Assembly (NCBI GenBank): GCA_027923505.1
Contig: BROI01000003.1
Span: forward strand, 496,001-560,000
Direction: 5' to 3'
Origin: Mayamaea pseudoterrestris
Lineage: Eukaryota
DNA length: 64,000 nucleotides
The notes under the pieces were generated by a model. It was given only the letters and a program-made list of their open reading frames with translations, searched no databases and was not told where the DNA came from. Made by a program: the position numbers and the translations under genes. Shown in pieces: positions 37,499-47,233 of this stretch (position 1 is the stretch's first letter; each line of letters begins with the position of its first letter).

Positions 37499-39790
37499 CT
37501 GCGCTACAAGATGGTAGGCTTGGCTGGTGTCTCAGGGGATGGCAATGTATTTGGTGACAACTTGTCACCAGTCTCAGCCCGCAGATGCCATGACATTCAA
37601 ACACCCCTACAGCAGGCCTTGTAGGTGCCCAAACAACACCAGAATGGTGCCAACATCATTATTCAGGCTACGCTACAAGATGGTAAGCTTGGCTGGTGTC
37701 TCAGGGGACGACAATGTATTTGGTGACAACTTGTCACCAGTCTCAGCCTTCAGATGCCATGACTTTCAAACACACCTACAGCAGGCCCTGTAGGTGCCCA
37801 AATAACACCAGAATAGTGCCAACATCATTATTCAGGCTGCGCTACAAGATGGTAGGCTTGGCTGGTGTCTCAGAGGATGGCAATGTATTTGGTGACAACT
37901 TGTCACCAGTCTCAGCCCGCAGATGCCGTGACATTCAAACCCCCCTACAGCAAGCCCTGTAGGTGCCCAAATTACACCAGAATGGTGCCAACATCATTAT
38001 TCAGGCTGCGCTACAAGATGGTAGGCTTGGCTGGTGTCTCAGGGGATGGCAATGTATTTGGTGACAACTTGTCACCAGTCTCAGCCCTCAAATGCCATGC
38101 ATTCAATTGCCCCTATAACATGCCCTGTAACCACCCAAATCACAACGGAATGCTGCCAACATCATTACTCAGGCTGCGCTACAAGATGGTAGGCTTGTGT
38201 GTTGTCTCAGGGGATGGCAATGTATTTGGTGACAACTTGTCACCAGTCTCAGCCCGCAGATGCCATGACATTCAAACGCACCTACAGCAAGCCCTGTAGG
38301 TGCCCAAATTACACCAGAATGGTGCCAACATCATTTTTCAGGCTGCGCTACAAGATAGTAAGCTTGGCTGGTGTCTCAGGGGACGACAATGTATTTGGTG
38401 ACAACTTGTCACCAGTCTCAGCCCGCAGATGCCATGACATTCAAACGCCCCTACAGCAAGCCCTGTAGGTGCCCAAATTACACCAGAATGGTGCCAACAT
38501 CATTATTCAGGCTGCGCTACAAGATGGTAGGCTTGGCTGGTGTCTCAGGGGATGGCAATGTATTTGGTGACAACTTGTCACCAGTCTCAGCCCGCAGATG
38601 CCGTGACATTCAAACGCACCTACAGCAAGCCCTGTAGGTGCCCAAATTACACCAGAATGGTGCCAACATCATATTCCGGCTGCGCTACAAGATGGTAAGC
38701 TTGGCTGGTGTCTCAGGGGATGGCAATGTATTTGGTGACAACTTGTCACCAGTCTCAGCCCGCAGATGCCGTGACATTCAAACGCCCCTACAGCAAGCCC
38801 TGTAGGTGCCCAAATTACACCAGAATGGTGCCAACATCATTTTTCAGGCTGCGCTACAAGATGGTAAGCTTGGCTGGTGTCTCAGGGGATGGCAATGTAT
38901 TTGGTGACAACTTGTCACCAGTCTCAGCCCGCAGATGCCATGACTTTAAAACACACCTACAGCAGGCCTTGTAGGTGCCCAAACAACACCAGAATGGTGC
39001 CAACATCATTATTCAGGCTACGCTACAAGATGGTATGCTTGGCTGGTGTCTCAGGGGATGGCAATGTATTTGGTGACAACTTGTCACCAGTCTCAGCCCG
39101 CAGATGCCGTGACATTCAGACACACCTACAGCAGGCCCTGTAGGTGCCCAAATTACACGAGAATGGTGCCAACATCCGTTTTGAGGCTATGCTTCAAGAT
39201 GGTATGCTTGGCTGGTGTCTCAGGGGATGGCAATGTATTTGGTGACAACTTGTCACCAGTCTCAGCCCGCAGATGCCATGACATTCAAACACATCTAAAG
39301 CAAGCCCGGTAGGTGCCCAAATTACACGAGAATGGTGCCAACATCATTTTTGAGGCTGCGCTACAAGATGGTAAGCTTGGCTGGTGTCTCAGGGGATGGC
39401 AATGTATTTGGTGACAACTTGTCACCAGTCTCAGCCCGCAGATGCCGTGACATTCAAACGCCCCTACAGCAAGCCCTGTAGGTGCCCAAATTACACCAGA
39501 ATGGTGCCAACATCATTTTTCAGGCTGCGCTACAAGATGGTAAGCTTGGCTGGTGTCTCAGGGGATGGCAATGTATTTTGTGACAACTTGTCACCAGTCT
39601 CAGCCCGCAGATGCCAGAATATTCAATTGCCCCTATAACATGCCCTGTATACGCCCAAATCACACCAAAATGGTGCCAACATCATTATTCACTCTGCGCT
39701 ACAAGATTTTATGCCTGGTGGGTGTCTCAGAAAACTGCGATGTGATTGGTGACAAGGTATCACCGTTCTTGGTCCATATATGCCATGGTT
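37499..39790. repeat. 169-bp satellite array, block 2 (about 13 monomers)
   Basis: ORF starts at 37527, 37696 and 37865 give a period of 169. Same orientation as block 1; the last monomer is diverged. Confidence 0.97.
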
Positions 39791-40072
39791 TTCAACAGCT
39801 CATTCTCAAGCTCTGCCACTTCCTGCTTTCAATGAAACAAAGTAAATGTCAACAACAGCAAGTATTATGAAATGTTCTGCAAAAGGCTTATTTGGTAGCC
39901 AAACGCCAGTGGATCAGGCACCGTTTCAAGGGATTTGCATGTTTGGCACCGTTTTTTGGCCAAAAAAGAGTCTTTCACCACCATTCTTGACAAAATAAAG
40001 ATGTATACTTCTCTAATGCAAAAGGATTCCGATACGGGGACTGCCATTTTTGTCACCGTTCACTCATTCACC

Positions 40073-43000
40073 ATGGCAGCCAACCAAGACGAAACAGACT
40101 GGGCATACAGCCACGCCAAGCAGCTTCTCGAAGAAGACTTGGTGAATGGCATCATTCCACTTGATTCAAAGCTAATTGACACGATAATATCAGACGAACC
40201 TTTATTCCAGCGACTACAATGGACTCGGAGCGATCAACCTCTTCGTCCAGCGTAAAGCAAACAAACAAACTCAATTGCTAGAATAGTGCATGTTACTCGC
40301 TACTCTACTCGTGCGCTTCCTTCTCGTTCTCACTGGGTTCACGGTCGAGGTTCACGCCTCGATCGTCAGCGATTTCACTCATGTATGTGAGGATTCGGTC
40401 ACAAGTGTGACTCAACCCTGCACAGGATTAAATGCATACAAAACACAGGTAGCTAACCGTCTTGTCATGAGACGCAGGTCAACTCAACTCAATAATATTG
40501 TGTCAATTTGGTGACAACTTGTCACCAGTCTCAGCCCGCAGATGCCGTGACATTCAAACGCCCCTACAGCAAGCCCTGTAGGTGCCCAAATTACACCAGA
40601 ATGATGCCAACATCATTATTCAGGCTGCGCTACAAGATGGTAGGCTTGGCTGCTGTCTCAGGGGATGGCAGTGTATTAAGTGACAACTTGTCACCAGTCT
40701 CAGCCCGTTGACCGCTTTCTTGACACTTTCTTGCCGAACATCCAGGCTGGTCCACTCAAAGAACTCCCAACATGCGTAGGGAGTATCGGAAATCCATAAT
40801 CTGTTCCGTCCGGTCTTGGCGACGACACTCGGATCCATACGTTGCAGTCTCGACAGTATTGTGACGCTTGCAGAACCATTCGACGGGCGTCTGGTTCAGG
40901 AAATGCAGGACCTCCCATTGCGGAACGTCCAGTAGTGATCATGGTACAGGTTCGCGTCCATAAAGGTTAGTTAGTTGCACAGGCTTGCCCTTCGGGATCG
41001 GCATGTTCCACGGAAGCTCTCGGTCCGTAGTCGCGTGACAACTTGTCACCAGTCTCGCCCGCAGGATCGCCGACTCAGGTACACAGCTAACCGCAGCCCG
41101 TAGGTAGCCCGGTGCGCCTGGAAGGGCGCCCAAGTGTAATTACGCTCAATGAATGTCAAGTCGACATAGAGTCACTGCCCACTGGGGGGCACCGATAAGA
41201 GACTGGTACTGTTGAATGCCCGGGCATCCAGCTCTTCGGTACGGTCAAGTTTGGTGCTGTCAGGTGACTTGCGCTTGCGTGGCTTCTCGCCAAACATGGT
41301 CTCGTAGTTCTTGAGCATGCGACCGACGTAGGTCTTTGCGCTCATGCAGAGGGTTCCATCGGGATCACGATAGAAGTCGGCTCCAAGGTGATACTTGATG
41401 TCGCCGACGCCCTTCAACTTGTACTTGTACTTGTCCTTGAGGAGGTCCGTGAAGGCTTGTGGATCTTTCATGGCCATAGCCAGATCGTCGATGAACGCGC
41501 GACGTACTCGTAGTGAGTGCCACAGTCTTTCATCCAGACGTCAGGATCCGCGTAGCTTGAGAAATCCAATGTCGCGGAGTGTGTCGGCAAAGTGCTCATG
41601 CCAACGCGCGCCAGAAGTGCGCAATCCGTATAGTGCCTTGTAGATGACCAAGGTATGGCCTTCCAATGGTCCAAACTCGGGACCGGCAACAATGTAGACC
41701 TTTTCCTTGGTCTTGGCCTCGAGGTAAGCGTTACCGACATCGGCAGCCCAAAACTTGAGGTCGTTCAGTTCAGCTAACAGTGCTATGGTTCGAATGCTTC
41801 GCATAGATACAACGCCGGAGTAGGCGGAGTCCTTGGGCGGAGCGGTCAGATGTCCCCCGGCGACGAGTCGGGCCTTACGTCGTAGATCGTTCTTGCAGTC
41901 GAAAACAAGATGCGCGTTGATGCGCTTCCAATCACTTTCCATGAAGGCACCGATGCCCTTGTCGATGAAAGTGTCGTACTCGTGTAGCTGCTCCATCTCA
42001 GTCTTGACGGCGTCAGCCCACAGGGTGTTTCCATTAGCAGCGTCGAGGCGGTTCGCTTCCTTCCAGGTATTAGGAACTTGAACGCCAAACTTGAAACGCG
42101 CTTCTTGGACACGGTTCTTCTTTGCAGCCTTGCACATGCGGTTAAACAATTTAGTGCGTCCTGCCATGCGCTTCAAACGCTTCCATCCATCCTTGTCCAG
42201 CATGCCCTTGCGCTTGCCATACTCGGCAACGGTCACAGGGTCGGACTTGATAATCAATGCGAGTGGCTCCCAGGTCTTCTCGCCATTTGCCCATTGGATG
42301 AGCAAGTTGTAGGATGAGCCGCGATACGTAGCGTCGGCTTGTGTCAGTGGACCTTCATGTCCGTCAATGAAATCAAACTTGTAGTACTGATCGTCGTTGT
42401 CATCGTCCCCCAGTCGTAAAGAATCTTGCCGCTCGCACAGGTCGGCTAGTTCGTTGTAGGTGATAAGCTCGTCGACGTCGCCGTCTCCGAGACTCAATCG
42501 GAACTTGATGATCTTGTGGTTGGCTTCATCGCGATCGTTCAGTTGCTCGATAACCTTGTAACGTCGCGTTGAGCCGTCTTCCTCGTCAAGAAGGACAGTG
42601 CGTCCCATCAGTTCAGCCGGAGTAAAGGACGGCATGGGTCCGTCGGGATCCAGACCGGCTAACTCGGCAGCGCTTTCCAACGTGAATGCGTCTTCATCCA
42701 CGGTTCCCCCAGAATCAGGCGCTGGGGTCGGTGTAAGGTCGTGTTCAAACACCGGACCGACTAGGTCATACTCATCGTCAAACTCGTCGACAGTTTCGAC
42801 TTGGACTCGTTCACGCGCGGGGCGCGCGTCGAAGACAGGTTCCGCGAACAGTGGTCGTTCGGACTCGGGTTCAGGAGCGCTTTCAGCTTCGGCGCGCAGG
42901 TTATGTCCTTTGGAGAAGGGACGAACGTTGGATCGGACGACAACCATTCCAGTCCGATCGGATCGGACTTGGTACGTGAGGATGTCACCCTTGTTCTCTG

Positions 43001-46000
43001 CAATGCCAACCCAGCGTCCTGCTGCTTCCTTAGTGTGGGGAAATGTCGGCGTCTCATCGGCTCCAGCTTCGTACAGGACTCGTTCCCAGAACTTGAACTG
43101 CAGGAACGGCGAAATGTCGGGTACTCGGTTGAAGGCGGCTTCAGTAGGGGTCTTCCAGTTGAGGGACTCGGTCGCCAGATTGTTGAATAAGGCGATTACG
43201 TACAGTGCGCATAGGAGCCAGGCTCCAGCGGGTGCACCCGTACGGTTCATGATGTTCTGGACTGATGACTTGACTTCTTGGATGCGACGCTCGGCAGGGT
43301 TCTGGTTCTGGTATCCGGGCTCGCTCTGTTGGTCACGAATTGCGTAGAATCGCAACAAGGTTTCAACTTGCTTCCCGAGCTGCACTCGCGAGTTATCGCT
43401 AATGAGCAAGTCGGGAGCGCCAATGTCTCGAATGAAGTCTTCGAGCGCCATGGGCATGTCACTCTCGGTTCTCAGTGGGTATCCCCTCGTCAGCAGACTC
43501 TTCTTGCCGACGAACAGTTGCATCATCTTGCATCCGCCATGGCCGCGGATTCCGTCGTTAAAGGCAGCTTCCTTGGAAAACCAGGTATCTGTCGCCGTAT
43601 CGTCATGGAAACGAACCACATTGGCGGCAGGGAATCGCGACTTAAAGTGTTGGCGAAATGGGGTGTGTGCCGTGCGCCGAAAAAGCTGTGTCGTATTCTT
43701 AATGGTGCGCTTGACTCGTTCAAGTGGCGTGTAGCCAAGGTAGGGTCGAAGCGCTTGGTAGTCAGGTTCTTGTGGCATTATGCGTCGTGCATTGGCTTGG
43801 CGCGTCGTATCAGCCTGATTGCGATCGACATACTGCACCACACGTTCCACTGAATTCATGTTGTTCCGGTAGGTGGCGTCGCCGAAGTCATCCATGCGGG
43901 CGTCGACGAAACCATGGGTTTCTTCCAATTCGTCGAGGTGACGATTAAACTCAAGTTCTTCTTCGTTCCATTCATTGTCCAAGTCCGCCGGATCCCAAAG
44001 GGTGTCCGCAGAGAAAATGACCGTCGGATACATTTCCAACTCTGCGTTTTCGAGGCAAACCGTCGCGGATCGCCAAGGGGATGGTCTTGCCACAACTGGT
44101 GACAATGGCTTGTGTTCCATTCTGGGAGCGAGCAACGTCGTCGATCAGATGGCCGAACGAACGAAGCTGCGATGGTGCATGAATGGATTCAGCACCGTCG
44201 TGCAAAGCATACTGGTTGAACTGACCGATAATGGGTCCAGTCTGAGTCTCAATCAATGCGACGCCAGTTCCGACTTCGGAAGTGCACCGTGTGGTCGCTC
44301 AACCTGTCACGTTACACGTGTGGTTGGTAGTACTCAAGATTCTATGCCTTCCGCGAGTCCACACGTTCGCACCGCCGTCAATCAGCGATCCTTGGCGGGT
44401 CGTGTTGCTCGAGCTCGATTCACAATACGTAACGCACGATACCATCCTTCGGTATGCGCGTTCCTTCTTCCCTAAACTCTTGCTGGGTGTTTTCGCGCTT
44501 GGTGCAGACGACGCAGCGTTCCAGGAAGATCTAATCATATCATCCGGTGCACCTTGGTGGCTGTCGTCGAAGCCGTCGAGGGCCGGCATCATTCTGTCTT
44601 GTGCCAGGCACCGAGGCGGCCGCTTGCTGCTGGTTTTCGCGGTTGCCATTGTTCCCTTGGCGTCTTGTGGCTGTCTTGGACGGCTTCGCGTCGGCCATGA
44701 GCTGGCGTTTCGTCCTCGTTAAGTCGCGAGTGCGTTCGTGCGACGTTGCGACCAGGGTTCTGCAGCAACTGTTCAAAGTTCAGATAATCACCAGAGTGCG
44801 TTCCCGATGCGCTTGCGTACCGGCTGCTGGTAGTGGCGGCGGAAGAGCCTGGTCCTCGGAATCCGCGGCTCCTTGGGACCTCGTCGTCCCCGCGCGTCCG
44901 CCTTGGCCTGTCTCCGCCCCGCGGAACCGCGTCCTTCCGTCTTGTCCGGGTTCGCGTTGTTACGCGGCGGTCGGCGTTCTTCTTCTTGCCCTTATTCAAC
45001 TTGGCGTTCTTGTTGTCGTGCGCGGGCCTGCTGCGGCACATGTCGAAAAAGCAGTCATAATCTTCGTCCGGCGGCGTCTGGGTCACCATTGCACTGATGA
45101 TGCGTCGTCGTTCCAATTGCGCGTGGTCGAGCGTCGTGCTGTGGGGCGAGTTCGTCGCCTTCTTCGGGCCAGTGTACTTTCTTGTCATCCGTCCTCCGGG
45201 CCGGAACTCTTGAATTCTTCGAGCTGTTCGTGTGTTTAGGACCTTGTAGTGTCTTTCGTCCGTCAAATCCGGCTTGCGGTTCGTTCGCTTGAGGTGCTAA
45301 CTTCTTTCGCCGGAACCAAACTTGGTCCGAGTTAGCGATAAACGTCAGCGTCAGACTTGTCGCCGTACTTCATCAGGGCGGCTGGTGTCCGGGGGCTTCG
45401 AGACAATTGCGAAAGCGCGGTGTACCCGAAGACTTGCTGATTCTCGAATTCTAATTTCTCTTCTTCCGTGACTGTGCGTCTTGCTGCCGAGCACGTTTGA
45501 ACAGCCATGGAGCTTAAACGTTGTGGTGCGCTCCAACTACCCGTGGGGATGTTGGGAGCGTTTTGTGGTCCTTATCGTCTCGTTTCGTCTTGGGTTCGGC
45601 GACCCAGCATCTTCTTCCTTTTTCGCTTCTCAGCCTTGATGGTCTCATTTTCCAGTTTGCTGGCGGTCCGGCTGCTTCTTCTTGGACTCGAGTACATAGT
45701 ATCCTTCTTACGCTTCCGCGCGATTTCTTGTTTCCGCGAGACGCTTGGTTCGCTCGCTTGCCCTCAAGCACGCCCCTTTTGTGTTCGGGGTCGTCGTGTG
45801 GTAAACCATTCCGTCATCGGAGGACAAGGTTCCGTGGACTGCTGTTGTTTCGTCCCGCGGTCCTCTGCTGGGGCTAGTTGCTCCTTTTGTTAAGTACGCC
45901 TCCAGCGCTCTCCGTCGCCGTTGCTCTTTCTTCCCTCTCTTCCTGCTCTCGGTCAAGCAGCTAGCAAGACTGTTAATCTGACACGATAATATCAGACGAA

Positions 46001-46450
46001 CCTTTATTCCAGCGACTACAATGGACTCGGAGCGATCAACCTCTTCGTCCAGCGTAAAGCAAACAAACAAACTCAATTGCTAGAATAGTGCATGTTACTC
46101 GCTACTCTACTCGTGCGCTTCCTTCTCGTTCTCACTGGGTTCACGGTCGAGGTTCACGCCTCGATCGTCAGCGATTTCACTCATGTATGTGAGGATTCGG
46201 TCACAAGTGTGACTCAACCCTGCACAGGATTAAATGCATACAAAACACAGGTAGCTAACCGTCTTGTCATGAGACGCAGGTCAACTCAACTCAATAATAT
46301 TGTGTCACTAATGAAGCCAAAAGAGGCGTACCAAATGCGTCCCGAATATCAAGCAACGGACTACAAGCGGTTTGCAGGTCGTTTGCGTTCAATGCGACAG
46401 AGACTCTTTAGCCAGCAAGAGAGAGCTCTTTCAGATACAGAAGCGCTTGG
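40073..46450 (+). pseudogene. Small ORF split by the Copia insertion (40073-40176 joined to 46313-~46450)
   Basis: Removing the element and one CTAAT restores MAANQDETDWAYSHAKQLLEEDLVNGIIPLDSKL-MKPKEAYQMRPEYQATDYKRFAGRLRSMRQR in frame. Confidence 0.65.
40177..46307 (-). mobile_element. Full-length Copia family A element, 6131 bp, TSD CTAAT
   Basis: LTRs 40177-40505 and 45979-46307 (329 bp, no differences seen by eye). CTAAT at 40172-40176 and 46308-46312. PBS at 45978-45968, PR motif LIDGGAN near 44370, IN-chromo-RT ORF 41541-44135. The gag and RNase H regions are scrambled. Confidence 0.93.
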
Positions 46451-46466
46451 ATGTAAAGGCAAAAAG

Positions 46467-46539
46467 TTCCGATACAGGGATTCGAACCCTGGTTTCCTGC
46501 GTGAAAGGCAAGTATGATAACCACCTACATTATATCGGA
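46467..46539 (-). tRNA. tRNA-Glu (TTC)
   Basis: TCCGATA/TATCGGA acceptor stem, anticodon arm CTTGC-CTTTCAC-GCAGG, T arm CAGGG-TTCGAAT-CCCTG, followed by a T5 Pol III terminator. Confidence 0.96.
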
Positions 46540-47233
46540 AGCACACGCGCCATCTTGTGCTACAGCAGTGGGCGCACTAATGCAACTAAAACGCAAATGT
46601 ATTTGTTATAGCAATCTCTGTGGACTCTCGATTAAGATAGATGTAGTGAAATTAACCATCTACTGTCAATCATCACAAAATGTATCATTGATAGATGTGA
46701 GGCCCACACATATCTCATGGCAGGAAGGACAGCTCACATGTGTAGGAGTATCAACTGCCTTTCATTACTAATCTTGCCCAGATTTAAATTGGCTTCACAT
46801 AAGTATGACAAATCATTTGGGGTATGCCCTTGAGCTTGAAACAAGTAAATAATGGGTCCCAGTCTGGTTGGAGGTAGATAACTAAATGGCATCCTTGTAG
46901 CTGCCCTAGCATCATCCAAGATTTTCACCACCTCTTTGCTCATCCCACGCTACCAGTAGTTGGCGGCGTGAACCATCACATCCTCATACAAATCCTATTA
47001 AGAGCAGTCAGTACAGTTACAGTTTTAATATCAGACTGGTCCATTATGTCGTACGAGTAAATCAGCTCTGAGAGACACGGTACGACATCCGTTTCTCTCG
47101 ATTCTCCAAAAGCAACAAGATCCAAGCCAAACGTGAGACGAGGCACGCATGGTTCCGAGTCAATTTCAAAGCAGTGTTACTGTATCATATACAAGTTGCG
47201 CACAACGTCGTAAGTCTAGTAGACTACAAAATC

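Noticed and set aside
23450..39790. CRISPR-like array (palindromic repeat at regular spacing)
   Set aside because: The sequence between palindromes is itself repeated rather than unique spacers, the period is 169 bp, there are no cas genes, and the context is eukaryotic.
24159..39870. Dozens of 65-145 aa ORFs (MSQGMAMYLVTTCHQ...) as a repeat-protein family
   Set aside because: 169 is not a multiple of 3, so frames rotate and hit stops; these ORFs are by-products of the satellite.
39952..39967. Perfect 16-bp palindrome TTTTTTGGCCAAAAAA
   Set aside because: Low complexity and single copy; no support for function.
40506..41110. Satellite monomers captured inside the retroelement (40506-40707 and ~41035-41062)
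   Set aside because: They replace the PPT and RNase H end of an element with apparently identical LTRs and sit in indel-rich sequence, so a chimeric assembly consensus is more likely. Raw reads are needed.
44135..45950. Heavy decay of gag/PR as real pseudogenisation
   Set aside because: It is incompatible with matching LTRs and a clean pol core; the pattern fits low-coverage long-read error.
15994..46517. Recurrent small ORF MLLATLLVRFFLVLTGF... resembling a secreted peptide
   Set aside because: It lies antisense within each family A LTR and ends in whatever flank follows; it is repeated only because the LTR is.
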